DNA of 64,000 nt from an uncultured Candidatus Rokubacteria bacterium (lineage in GTDB: Bacteria > Methylomirabilota > Methylomirabilia > Rokubacteriales > CSP1-6). Below the pieces are notes generated by a model. That model was not told the origin of the DNA and did no database searches. It worked only from the letters and a program-made list of their open reading frames with translations. Location of the stretch: the NCBI GenBank assembly GCA_963771355.1, contig CAVYTA010000004.1:102477-166476 (forward strand), given 5' to 3'. Position numbers and translations under genes: made by a program. This document shows positions 9,827 through 19,167 of this stretch, piece after piece (position 1 is the first letter of the stretch; every line of letters starts with the position of its first letter).

Positions 9827-11731
9827 TCAGCGAGCCGTCTTGCGGGATTTCTTGCGGATCGGCAGCCTCGAAAGCAAGCGGGCGGAACGGCCGAACGCTC
9901 TTCGAATGGATTCGTCGCTGACCAGGCGCGCGCCATCGGCATGATATTCCAGCACGAGCTTCCGGGTGTGAAAGGCCTCGAGCTCGGCGCGATGGCCGAC
10001 GCTGATGACGGTGGCTTCGGGCAGCCGCTCCAGGACGAGTCGCATCAGCTGTTCCTGGCTCAGCGGATCGAGCGCGGCGGTGGCCTCATCCATCACGATC
10101 GTGTCCGGACGCTGGAGGAGCGCGCGGGCAAACGCCAGCCGCTGCTTTTCTCCGCCGGAGAGCACGTGTTCCCAGTTCGCGTCTTCATCGAGCCGATCGA
10201 GAAAATGACCCAGGCCCACGTCCTCGACGGTGGCACGGACCACCGCGTCGTCGACCTCCTCGGGCGAGAGCGGATACGTCACCGCCCGGCGTAGCGTCCC
10301 CAGCGGCACGTAGGGTCTTTGCGGCATCAAGAACAGCCCTTCGAACTTGACCAGGATTTCTCCGCGGCCCCACGGCCACAGTCCGGCGATCGCCCGCACC
10401 AGCGTGCTCTTGCCCGTGCCGGATTCGCCGACGACCAGCACCTTTTCGCCGCGAGCGATCTCGATGTCCGCCTCGTTGACCACCGCGCTTCCGTCGTCCA
10501 GCGTTACCGAGACGTCCCGCAGCCGGAGCGTCCCCGCCTCCGCTTCCTTTCGAACAATTCGGCCGGTCGTTTCCTCCCGCTCGGCACGCTCCAGGCGGTC
10601 CAGCGACACCAGGAGCGAGGCCAATCGGGACGCCGAGGCGGTCCAATCGGCGAGACGTGGATAGTTCTCGACCAACCAATTGAACGCCACCTGCACGATC
10701 ATGAACGCGGAGGCGGCTTGCATGACTTCACCGAGGGTCATGGTCCCGGCGACGTACTTGGGGGCGCACAGGAGAATGGGAATGATCGGCGCAAGCCCGC
10801 TACTGCTCTGGGAGACGAGGGTGGTGCGGATGTACTGCATCATCAGCTCGTACCAGCGCTGGCGGACCGTCGAGAACGCTCCGTCAAGGCCGGCGCGCTC
10901 CTCATTGCCCCCGCCCAGCATCGCGATGCTCTCGCCGTTTTCCCGGAGGCGCGTGAGCATGTACCGGTAGTCCGCCTCCGCCTGATTCTTGTTCTCGGAG
11001 ACCGAGACAAAGGCGCGGGCAATCATCACCATCGATCCACTGGCCAGCATGGCATAGATGAAGGCGGCGACGACCAGGAAGCCGGGGATCCGGAGCACGG
11101 TGCTTCCGAGGGGGAGCGTGAGCTCCCCGCCGATGAACCAGAGGACGCCGATGAAGACGATCGCTGAACTGACGGCCGAGAAGACGCCGATAAAAAACTC
11201 GACGGGGGCATCGACACTCATACGCAGATCCTCGGCCACGCGATATTCCGGGTTGGTGTGATCGCCCGGCACCAGGTTGAGCTGATAGTAGCGGCCGCCG
11301 GTGAGCCAGTGATCGAGCACGTGTGCGTTCAGCCACTCGCGCCACCGGCGCTGGAGGGTCATTTTCGCAAACGTGGCCGCGGCCGCCACCCCCACGATCG
11401 CGGCGATCAGAGGGAAAAAGATGAGGGCCTGGTGCAGCAGACCGCTGCCATCACGCTTGTCGAGGGCATCGAACGTCACGCGGTGCCAGACGTTCAGCCG
11501 ATACTGCAGAACGAGATTCACGAGGGCGATGGCGATGACCATGAACGTCAATAGCCAGGCGGTGCGTCCGCCGCCTTTCCGCCAGAAGCCGAGGGCCGAG
11601 TCCCAGAAACGTGCGAGGAGGTATTGGCGGCTTTGTTGCTCCTCGTCCGGAACCATCGCGGGCCCTTGATCTCTCGTCATGCCGATGCTCTCGGAGCGTC
11701 GACGTCCCGACGGATGCTTCGCCCCATGCAT
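9827..11731 (-). CDS. Fused ABC transporter permease/ATP-binding protein (SbmA/BacA-like or ABCD-like half transporter)
   Basis: N-terminal multi-TM domain followed by Walker A GESGTGKST, signature LSGGEKQR and Walker B IVMDEAT. Alternative starts lie at 11680 and 11656. Confidence 0.8.
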   Translation of the reverse strand: MHGAKHPSGRRRSESIGMTRDQGPAMVPDEEQQSRQYLLARFWDSALGFWRKGGGRTAWLLTFMVIAIALVNLVLQYRLNVWHRVTFDALDKRDGSGLLHQALIFFPLIAAIVGVAAAATFAKMTLQRRWREWLNAHVLDHWLTGGRYYQLNLVPGDHTNPEYRVAEDLRMSVDAPVEFFIGVFSAVSSAIVFIGVLWFIGGELTLPLGSTVLRIPGFLVVAAFIYAMLASGSMVMIARAFVSVSENKNQAEADYRYMLTRLRENGESIAMLGGGNEERAGLDGAFSTVRQRWYELMMQYIRTTLVSQSSSGLAPIIPILLCAPKYVAGTMTLGEVMQAASAFMIVQVAFNWLVENYPRLADWTASASRLASLLVSLDRLERAEREETTGRIVRKEAEAGTLRLRDVSVTLDDGSAVVNEADIEIARGEKVLVVGESGTGKSTLVRAIAGLWPWGRGEILVKFEGLFLMPQRPYVPLGTLRRAVTYPLSPEEVDDAVVRATVEDVGLGHFLDRLDEDANWEHVLSGGEKQRLAFARALLQRPDTIVMDEATAALDPLSQEQLMRLVLERLPEATVISVGHRAELEAFHTRKLVLEYHADGARLVSDESIRRAFGRSARLLSRLPIRKKSRKTAR

Positions 11732-11933
11732 CCGATGATACTCAATTATGGAAGCTCAATGAACACGCGGTCGGCGTAACTCGCGCGGAGACGACGGCAA
11801 ACCCGTGCGTCAGCACGGGGCACGCGGGGAATTCGCGGGACTTCCGGGGCGGTGGCGGCCCCGATCTGCGCTGGATCAGCGCGGGGCCACGGGTTGCCCG
11901 TGGCCCCGCGTCAAGACGGGGAACGCGGATTGC

Positions 11934-13946
11934 TCAGCGGACCCGTGCCCCCCGGCGTGAGGAGACCGGGGGCGACACCGCCACATTGTTCGTCTCGTTC
12001 CGCTCCGCCACGTCGTTGAAGAAGTCGACGACGGCGATGACGACGAGCCCGGCCGCGTCGATCCCCTCGGGCAGCCGCAGATTCAGCCGGACGAGCTCCT
12101 CCCCGCCCAGCTCGAGCGTCTTGACGCTCTCGTAGCCGAGGAACGTGTCGCCCTCGTCGAGGGTGTCGTCCTCGGACAGGTAGAAGGCGACTGTCGAGGG
12201 CACGGCGGTGGTCTCGAGGCCCGGATTGAAGGCCCGGAGCGCGCCGACGAGCCAGCACTGGGGCCGATGGGCCGAGGCATTGCAGTGCTGCTCGACGTCG
12301 AGCCATTCGCCGGAGACGCCGGCGACGCCGGTGTTGACCGTCTCGCAGCCGACGAAGGTGTCGGCGGGGTCGAAGAGGAAGCCCAGGTTGCTGCCCGTGC
12401 ACACGTCGGTGCCGCCGCCACCACTGAGCGTGTCCTGCCCGGTCCCGGCGATCAGCGTGTCGTTGCCGTCGCCGCCGAGCAAGGTGTCGTTGCCGTCACC
12501 GCCGCAGATGGTGTCGTTCCCGGCGCGGCCGTCGATGAAGTCGTTGCCGCCCAGGCCGTGGATCACGTCGTCCCTGAGAGTGCCCGTGATGGAGTCGGGG
12601 CCATTCGTGCCCACGATGGTCACGTTGAGGCCGTTGCACACGAAGGCGTGGTAGCGGGCCAGCGCGATCCGGCCGCCCGCGGAGCCGGCCGCGACGATGC
12701 GCCCGTCGCTCCGCTGGATGGCGACCGCCTTGCCGAAGTCGTTCTGGGTCGCGTTGAAGTCGGTGATGAGCCGGCCGTCGCCGCTGAAGGTCGTGTCGAG
12801 CGAGCCATTCACGTTGAGCCGCGCCACGGCGATGTTGATGTTCGACGTCGCTCCCACCGTTTGGTTCACGTGACCGGCGACCACGATCTTGCCGTCGGGC
12901 TGGATCGCGACCGCCGAGGCGAAGGAGTCGGGGCCGAAGTCGATGGTGCGCAGGCCGTTGGTGCCGAAGCTCGCGTCCATGGTGCCGTCGGCGTTGTAGC
13001 GGGCGATCGCCATGCCGTTGTCGGTGGTGATGGGGATGCCGCCGCCGCCGGTCGTGACCTGGATGTCTCCCACGAGCAGGATCTTGCCGTCGGCCTGCAC
13101 GGCCAGGGCCTTCACCGTCACGTCGGTTCCCCCGCCGCCGAAGAGCGTGTGGTCCGCGCCGTTGACGGTGTCCGACGTCTGGCCGATGTTCTGCGGAAAC
13201 CCGCCGTTGATGTAGTCCCACGAGAACGCTCTCCGCCCCAGGAAGATCCGGGTGCCCGCGACCAGGATCCGACCGTCGGGGACGATCGCGACGGCGACGG
13301 CCGCTTCGGTGCCGCCGAAGTTCTTGGCGATGATGCCGGTGGAGGGCTGGGGGCCGAACGTCGTATCGAGCGCGCCACTGGCGTCGAGGCGGGCGATCGC
13401 CCAGTCGCTGCCCGTGCCCCCCACGATGACGATCCGACCGTCCGCCTGGATCGCGACGCTCTGGGCGGCGCCGCCGTTCGGATTGGAGAACTCCAGCGTG
13501 CGGACGCCGCTGTCGCCGAAGGTCCCGTCCAGCGTGCCGTTGGTGTTGTAGCGTGCCATCCCCACGCGGCCATTGGACTCTGCCCCCGCGCGCCCCGCGA
13601 CCAGGATCCTGCCATCGCTCTGGATGGCGACGGCCCTCGCGTCGGCGACCGAGAGGCCGCCGAAGTCGGTCAGGACGATGCCGGTGCCGCCGAACGTGGA
13701 GTCGAGCGTGCCATTTCGGTTGTACCGCAGGACGGCGAAATCGCCCGCGGACTGTCCTACCACGACGATCTTGCCGTCGGCCTGGATGGCGATCGCGCTG
13801 ACCGTTCCCGTCGGCAGGCCGGTCTCGACGTGGCGGCCGTCGCCGCTGAAGGTCGTATCCAGGTCGCCCGGCGCCGCGTGCGCCACCGCCACTACCGCCA
13901 GCACCATCAGCAACGACGCGAGCAGTCTCATCTTCGTCCTCCTCAT
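11934..13946 (-). CDS. Secreted mosaic protein: delta-60-type repeats, RTX-like Ca-binding nonapeptides, CARDB-like C-terminus
   Basis: Signal peptide MRRTKMRLLASLLMVLAVVAVAHA. Repeated NxDGxLDxxFGxxG units follow (LDTTFSGDGR, LDSTFGGTG, LDGTFGDSG, MDASFGTNG ...). Next comes GGNDFIDGRAGNDTICGGDGNDTLLGGDGNDTLIAG, and the C-terminus ends ...ERNETNNVAV. ATG 13946 overlaps the stop of the upstream small ORF (ATGA). An alternative start is ATG 13931, preceded by AGGAGG. Confidence 0.7.
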   Translation of the reverse strand: MRRTKMRLLASLLMVLAVVAVAHAAPGDLDTTFSGDGRHVETGLPTGTVSAIAIQADGKIVVVGQSAGDFAVLRYNRNGTLDSTFGGTGIVLTDFGGLSVADARAVAIQSDGRILVAGRAGAESNGRVGMARYNTNGTLDGTFGDSGVRTLEFSNPNGGAAQSVAIQADGRIVIVGGTGSDWAIARLDASGALDTTFGPQPSTGIIAKNFGGTEAAVAVAIVPDGRILVAGTRIFLGRRAFSWDYINGGFPQNIGQTSDTVNGADHTLFGGGGTDVTVKALAVQADGKILLVGDIQVTTGGGGIPITTDNGMAIARYNADGTMDASFGTNGLRTIDFGPDSFASAVAIQPDGKIVVAGHVNQTVGATSNINIAVARLNVNGSLDTTFSGDGRLITDFNATQNDFGKAVAIQRSDGRIVAAGSAGGRIALARYHAFVCNGLNVTIVGTNGPDSITGTLRDDVIHGLGGNDFIDGRAGNDTICGGDGNDTLLGGDGNDTLIAGTGQDTLSGGGGTDVCTGSNLGFLFDPADTFVGCETVNTGVAGVSGEWLDVEQHCNASAHRPQCWLVGALRAFNPGLETTAVPSTVAFYLSEDDTLDEGDTFLGYESVKTLELGGEELVRLNLRLPEGIDAAGLVVIAVVDFFNDVAERNETNNVAVSPPVSSRRGARVR

Positions 13947-14146
13947 GGGATGGAATCCGGCCCCTCGATATGGTCGCGGCGGGCTCCGAGCATCCGTGCG
14001 ATCAGGGGACCGATCGCCGCGGCCTCGTGAAAACGTTCCTTCTCGCCGGTCCGGACGCGTTCGATGACGCCGACCAGGCCGCCGGTCTCGTCGGGAACGA
14101 CCCGCACCAAGAAGGCCACCGGGGCCCAGCCTGTCCGCTCGTTCAT
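13943..14146 (-). CDS. Small hypothetical protein (67 aa) translationally coupled to the secreted repeat protein
   Basis: Protein-like translation MNERTGWAPVAFLVRVVPDETGGLVGVIERVRTGEKERFHEAAAIGPLIARML. Its stop overlaps the downstream ATG (ATGA). It lies in the intergenic space once the regulator start is trimmed to 14262. No clear SD. Confidence 0.4.
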   Translation of the reverse strand: MNERTGWAPVAFLVRVVPDETGGLVGVIERVRTGEKERFHEAAAIGPLIARMLGARRDHIEGPDSIP

Positions 14147-14170
14147 GCCGCAGGTGTACGCCGGTGGGCG

Positions 14171-14188
14171 TCACAGGAACATCACAGG
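14171..14188. promoter_or_regulatory. Tandem heptamer direct repeat TCACAGG-N4-TCACAGG (11-nt period), candidate SARP box
   Basis: Two perfect heptamers at 14171-14177 and 14182-14188, in the divergent region between the SARP-type regulator and the secreted-protein operon. An inverted 6/7 copy, CCTGTGG, lies at 14210-14216. Confidence 0.3.
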
Positions 14189-14261
14189 ATCCGACTCCGG
14201 CCCACGGGCCCTGTGGAACGCTATGCTAGAGTTCGGTCCGGCCGGTCACGCCGCCCGCTCC

Positions 14262-17200
14262 ATGACCCGACTCCACCTGGCTCTTCTCGGCAGCTTCGAC
14301 GCTCGCCTCGACCCCGGCGGCCGCCTGACCCTCGCCCGGCAGAAGGTCGCGGCGCTGCTCGCCTTCCTCGCCTCGACCCCCGGCCGGCTACACCGACGGG
14401 ACACGCTGGCGGCCTTGCTCTGGGCCGACGCGCCGGGCCCACGGGCCCGGCAGAGCCTCCGCACGGCGCTGGCGGAGCTCCGCCTCGCGCTGGCGCCGGT
14501 CTCCTCGTGCCTGATCGAGCGCGGCGATGCCGTCGGCCTCGACTCCGACGCCGTGGACGTGGACGTGGCCAGGTTCGAGGCCCTGCTCGCGAACGGTGGG
14601 CCGGCAGCGCTCGAGCAGGCGGCGGGGATCTACCGTGGCGAGCTCCTCGAAGGCCTCCGCGTGGCCGAGGCGCCCTTCGAGGAATGGCTCATGGCCGAGC
14701 GGGAGCGGCTGCGCGAGCTGGCTCTGGAGGCGCTGGCCCGGATCCTCGCCGGCCACATCAGAGCCGATGCCCTCGCTCAGGCCGTGCAGACGGCGCTCAG
14801 ACTGGTCGCTCTCGACCCGCTGCAGGAGACCGTGCATCGCACGCTGATGCGTCTGTACCTCCGGCTGGGCCGCCGGGGCGCCGGCCTCCGGCAGTACCAG
14901 GCTTGCCTGGACGCGCTACGCCGGGAGCTGGGGGCCGAGCCCGAAGCCGAGACCCGAGCGCTCTATCTCGAGCTCCTCCAGTCGGCGAGCAGCCCGGCGC
15001 CGCCCGAGGCCGCGATGGCGTCGCCCGGCCTCGCGGAGGCGCCCGCGGTGTATCCCGCACCGCTAGTCGGCCGTGCCAGCGACCTGGCACGGCTCGGGCA
15101 AGCTTACGAGGCAGCGCGACGGGGAGGCCCGCCGGTGCTGGCCCTGATCGGTGAGGCCGGGATCGGGAAGACGCGCCTCCTCGACGAGCTCGTCGCCACC
15201 CTGTCCCCGCAGGATGCGCGCGTGGTCGTCGGCCGCGCGTACGAGACGGAGTCCCAGCTGCCGTTCGGCGTCTGGATCCACACGCTCCGGGAGCGAGGCG
15301 TGCTCTCCGACATCCGGCGGCATGTCGAGCGGCATCGGACGCGCCTCGGCGAGCTGGCGCGCCTGCTCCCCGAGCTGGCGAGCCTCGAGGCGGAGCCGGC
15401 GGGCGTCACCACCGACCCCGGTCGGCTGTTCGAAGCCTTGAGCGAGGTCGTGAGGGAGCTCGCACGGTCCGGGCTGCTGCTCGTGCTGGAGGATCTGCAC
15501 TGGGCCGACGACTCGAGCCTCCGCTTCCTGGCGTTCCTCGCTCGACGCGTGGAGGGCGCCTCGGTGGCGATCGTCGTGTCCGCCCGCGAGGAGGAGCTGG
15601 CCGGATCGCCGCTGCTCCAGCAGGTGCTGGCCGAGCTCGAGCGCGAGGGACGCGGCGTGAAGATACGGCTGACGCCCCTGTCGCACGAGGCCACGGTGGC
15701 GCTGGTCCGGGCCCTGGCGCGAGCGGGCACGGACCCGGCGAGCCTCGAGCGCCTGGGCGAGGAGATGTGGCGGGTCAGCGAAGGGTACCCGTTCATGGTG
15801 GTCGAGTCGATGCGCGCCCTCGCCGAAGGCGGCACCACGGCGGCGGTGGCGGGCCTGCCGCTGCCCGAGCGCGTGCGCGACACCATCGTCGGCCGGCTGG
15901 AGCGTCTCCCCGAGCGCGCCCGGCGCCTCATGAGCGTGGCCGCCGCCGTCGGGCAGGAGTTCGAGTTCCGTGTGCTGCAGCATGCGGGCGGGCTCGAGGC
16001 CACCGAAGCCGCCGAGGCGGTGGAGGAGCTGGTCGCGCGGCGAATCCTGCACGCCGTCGGCGAGCGGCTGGACTTCACCCACGATTGGATCCGCCGGGCC
16101 GCTCACGACCGCGTGATTTCGCCGGCGCGCCCGGCCCTGCACGACGCGATCGGCCGGGCGCTCGAGACGCTCTACGCCGACCGGCTGGACGAGGTCGCCG
16201 ACCGGCTCGCCCACCACTACGCGCAGGCCGGCGATGCGCCCAAGGCCGTTCGGTACCTGCGCCGCCTTGCGGACGCCGCGGGCCGGCGCTACGCCATCGC
16301 GGACGCCATCCGGATCCTGCGCCAGGCGCTCGAGCACGTGGCCCGCCTGCCCGTCGCGGACCGTGCGCGCGACGGCATCGGTGTGAGCCTGGAGCTGGCC
16401 GTCGCCCTGTCGATCGTGGGTAGGTTCGGCGAGATCATGGACGTGCTGGAACCCCTCCACGACGTCGTGGGCCGTCTCGCCGAGCCACGGGTCGCCGGGC
16501 CGTACTTCGCGCGCATGGCCCTGACCCGGAGCCTGCTCGGCGACCACGCGCGCAGCGAGGAAGCGGCGCGCCGGGCGCAAGCGGAGGCTGAGCGGTGCGG
16601 CGATCGCGCCACGCTCGGCATGGCGCACTATGTGCTCGCCGTCGAGGGATTCACGACCGGCGACGCCATCGGCGGGCTGGCGCACGCGCGAGAGGCGGTC
16701 GCGCGGATGGAGCAGGCCGGTGATCGGGCGTGGCTCGCCCAGGCCTGCTGGATCTCCGGATTCCTGCAGTACCAGCTCGGAGAGTTCGACGCCGCCATCG
16801 AGTCGGAGATGCGGATGGCCGCGATCGCCGAGTCGCTGGGCGACCAGGGGCGACAAGCCACCGCGCTATGGACGTGCGCGCTGTGCCACGTCGGTCGCGG
16901 CGACGTCGTGGCCGCCGAGGAAACGGCGCGCCGGGCACTGGACCTCTCCCCGGATCCCTCCAACCGGGCGACGGCCGAGGCCCTGCTGGCGATGGCGGTG
17001 GCCGAGGCGGGCGACGCGGAACGGGCTATCCCCCTCCTGGAGGAGGCGGAGCGGCAGCACGAGCCATTCCGGCTGCGCCAGGCCGGCGTGACGGTTTCCC
17101 TCGCGGCGGCCTACCGGGAGGCCGGCCGGATCGCCGAGGCACGGGACGCCGCCCTCCGAGCCCTCGAGGTCAGCCGGCTGACCTCGTTCGCCTGGGCGCG

Positions 17201-17513
17201 GGCGGCCGCGGAGCGCGAGCTCGGTCGCGTCGCCATGGTCCTTCAGGATGAGACCGCCGCTCGCAATCATCTCCACGCCGCGCTCGAGCTGTTCCGGGCG
17301 ATTCCGGCGCGCTTCGAGATGGGTCGGACGCATCTGGACCTGGCCCGGCTGCCGGAGGCGCACGACGCCGCGGTGGGAAGGCGACGGCATCTCGGCGAGG
17401 CGCTGCGCGCGTTCCAGGCGGCCCGGGCGCCCCGGTACCTCGACCGGGCGGAGCGCCTGGCGATGGATCTGAGGGTCGCCGACCTGACCGGCGACGACGC
17501 TTCTCGATCCTGA
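14262..17513 (+). CDS. AfsR/SARP-family regulator: winged-helix DNA-binding + BTAD + AAA/NB-ARC ATPase + TPR
   Basis: N-terminus LLGSFDARL...ARQKVAALLAFLA...RRDTLAALLWAD...ARQSLRTALAELR (SARP wHTH), followed by a BTAD region (LDPLQETVHRTLMRLYLRLGRRGAGLRQYQ). Walker A GEAGIGKT, and a long helical TPR-like C-terminus. The start was trimmed to ATG 14262; 14223 is also possible. Confidence 0.85.
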   Translation: MTRLHLALLGSFDARLDPGGRLTLARQKVAALLAFLASTPGRLHRRDTLAALLWADAPGPRARQSLRTALAELRLALAPVSSCLIERGDAVGLDSDAVDVDVARFEALLANGGPAALEQAAGIYRGELLEGLRVAEAPFEEWLMAERERLRELALEALARILAGHIRADALAQAVQTALRLVALDPLQETVHRTLMRLYLRLGRRGAGLRQYQACLDALRRELGAEPEAETRALYLELLQSASSPAPPEAAMASPGLAEAPAVYPAPLVGRASDLARLGQAYEAARRGGPPVLALIGEAGIGKTRLLDELVATLSPQDARVVVGRAYETESQLPFGVWIHTLRERGVLSDIRRHVERHRTRLGELARLLPELASLEAEPAGVTTDPGRLFEALSEVVRELARSGLLLVLEDLHWADDSSLRFLAFLARRVEGASVAIVVSAREEELAGSPLLQQVLAELEREGRGVKIRLTPLSHEATVALVRALARAGTDPASLERLGEEMWRVSEGYPFMVVESMRALAEGGTTAAVAGLPLPERVRDTIVGRLERLPERARRLMSVAAAVGQEFEFRVLQHAGGLEATEAAEAVEELVARRILHAVGERLDFTHDWIRRAAHDRVISPARPALHDAIGRALETLYADRLDEVADRLAHHYAQAGDAPKAVRYLRRLADAAGRRYAIADAIRILRQALEHVARLPVADRARDGIGVSLELAVALSIVGRFGEIMDVLEPLHDVVGRLAEPRVAGPYFARMALTRSLLGDHARSEEAARRAQAEAERCGDRATLGMAHYVLAVEGFTTGDAIGGLAHAREAVARMEQAGDRAWLAQACWISGFLQYQLGEFDAAIESEMRMAAIAESLGDQGRQATALWTCALCHVGRGDVVAAEETARRALDLSPDPSNRATAEALLAMAVAEAGDAERAIPLLEEAERQHEPFRLRQAGVTVSLAAAYREAGRIAEARDAALRALEVSRLTSFAWARAAAERELGRVAMVLQDETAARNHLHAALELFRAIPARFEMGRTHLDLARLPEAHDAAVGRRRHLGEALRAFQAARAPRYLDRAERLAMDLRVADLTGDDASRS

Positions 17514-17909
17514 CGCCGAGTCAAACGGCCAAGGGTCATGACCCGAGAAGAGCTGGCCCCCAACTGAGACGAACCCCCCAATCGAGACAAATGCACCCAC
17601 TCGCGGCCAACGCCGCTAGGGTTCATCCGAGAGCGCCCCCGCACGTCGAACCCTGACGCTGCACGGTTGACCCAGAAGGACGTCGCCGAGCGGATCCTGT
17701 AATCGAAGGCCGACCTCGAAGGCGACCGCAAGCACGTGACCGTCCTCTTCGCGGTCATGCAGGCCTTGCTGGAGCTGTTGGCCGCCTTTTAGGTAGATGA
17801 CCTTGATGACGCGCAGGTGGAGTGTGCCGCCAGGGACCAGGCGGTGGCACGGCTCGCGCTGAAGGATGACCGTCCGCTTCGCCGGGACCGTCGCGGCGGG
17901 ACGGTGCGG

Positions 17910-18794
17910 TCAGCCCGCGCGCCGCAACCGCTCGATCCGCTCCTCGATGGGCGGATGGGTCATGAATAGCCGCATCAGCCCTCGCCGCGTCACGCCCGAG
18001 ATACCGAAGGCCGCCATCTGGTCGGGCAGCGGCTCTCGACCATAACTCGCCCGCAAGCGCTCGAGCGCCCCGATCATCCGCTCGCGACCCGCCAGGCGCG
18101 CGCCGCCCGCATCGGCCCGGAACTCGCGCCGGCGCGAGAACCAGAACACGATCAGGCTCGCCAGGATGCCGATGACGAGCTCGGCGATGATGGTGGTGAT
18201 CCAGAATGCCGGCCCGTGCCCCCGCTCCGTCTTGAACACGACGCGGTCCACGATGTGGCCGAGGACGCGGGAGAGGAAGATCACGAAGGTGTTCACGACG
18301 CCCTGGATCAGGGCCAGCGTGATCATGTCGCCGTTGGCGACGTGGCTCACCTCGTGGCCCAGCACGGCCTCGACCTCCTCGCGCCGCATGCGCTGGAGAA
18401 GCCCCGTGCTCACGGCCACCAAAGCGTTGTTACGGCGGGCGCCCGTGGCGAAGGCGTTGGGATCCGGCGAGTCGAACACCGCCACCTGGGGCATCCCGAT
18501 CCCGGCGGCCTGCGCTTGGCGGCGGACCGTCTCCACGAGCCACTCCTCCGTGGGGTTCGACGGCCGCTCGATGACCTGGGCGCCGGTGAAGCGCTTGGCC
18601 GTCCACTTGGAGAGGGCCAGCGAGATGAACGAGCCGCCCATGCCGAAGACGGCCGCGAAGACCAGCAACGCCTTGAGGTCGAGGTCCACGCCCTGGGCGT
18701 CCAGGATGCGCTCCACGCCGAGGAGCCGGAGGGTGATGCTCAGCACGACGATAATGGCCAGGTTCGTTGCCAGGAACAGCATGACGCGCTTCAC
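17910..18794 (-). CDS. htpX: Membrane zinc metalloprotease HtpX
   Basis: [18 protein letters not shown]..., HExxH motif [10 protein letters not shown], four TM segments, 294 aa. GTG start preceded by GGAGGAGG. Confidence 0.9.
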   Translation of the reverse strand: MKRVMLFLATNLAIIVVLSITLRLLGVERILDAQGVDLDLKALLVFAAVFGMGGSFISLALSKWTAKRFTGAQVIERPSNPTEEWLVETVRRQAQAAGIGMPQVAVFDSPDPNAFATGARRNNALVAVSTGLLQRMRREEVEAVLGHEVSHVANGDMITLALIQGVVNTFVIFLSRVLGHIVDRVVFKTERGHGPAFWITTIIAELVIGILASLIVFWFSRRREFRADAGGARLAGRERMIGALERLRASYGREPLPDQMAAFGISGVTRRGLMRLFMTHPPIEERIERLRRAG

Positions 18795-19167
18795 GGGTAG
18801 TTACCTCCTCCAGGGTTCAGGCGGCGATCCGGACCCGAGCGGGTCGGGCCTCGTCTGAGCAGAACTGGCGCATTTTACACTAGGGGCCAGTCCATGACTT
18901 GGACGTGCTCGGCAGGGTAACTGTCCGGTGCCCCCCTTCACGCCCGTGGGGACCAGGAGGCTCGCCTAACGCCACCGAATCGCGCTAATGATGGCTATGC
19001 ACTTCGAACCCCTCACGCGCCCCGTCAGGCCGATCCCGGCTGGGGCGCCGCCTGCCCCGTCAGGCCGGCCCCGACCCGCCGGATCCGTATTTCCCCGCAA
19101 GTTTGAGTCCGCGGGGAACGGTCGCAGCCCCTCGCGCGTCTCAGTGAATGAGGAAGGCTCTAACGAT

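Noticed and set aside
6157-9942. 1261-aa minus-strand ORF, the longest in the track
   Set aside because: Only the last 533 aa (6157-7758) look like a protein (NhaP antiporter). The N-terminal 700+ aa are Arg/Gly/Pro-rich and lie antisense to the clearly real treS-like gene. This is a GC-driven run-on ORF.
12400-13900. Periodic pattern in the delta-60 gene, and the G-rich 18-nt repeats at 30496-30630, considered as possible CRISPR or other non-coding arrays
   Set aside because: Both lie inside well-supported coding frames. The delta-60 units are similar only at the protein level. Neither has the repeat-spacer architecture of CRISPR.
14064-14261. N-terminal 66-aa extension of the SARP regulator ORF
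   Set aside because: The extension is not protein-like and would overlap the minus-strand small ORF and the repeat-containing control region. The SARP wHTH begins right after ATG 14262.
17703-17792. Open stretch encoding ...GDRKHVTVLFAVMQALLELLAAF, reminiscent of the ERRxVTVLFAD start of class III cyclase domains, preceded by an HTH-like LTQKDVAERIL fragment
   Set aside because: It has only 29 codons and no start codon. The match of about 9 residues is too short to distinguish a gene relic from chance in GC-rich DNA.
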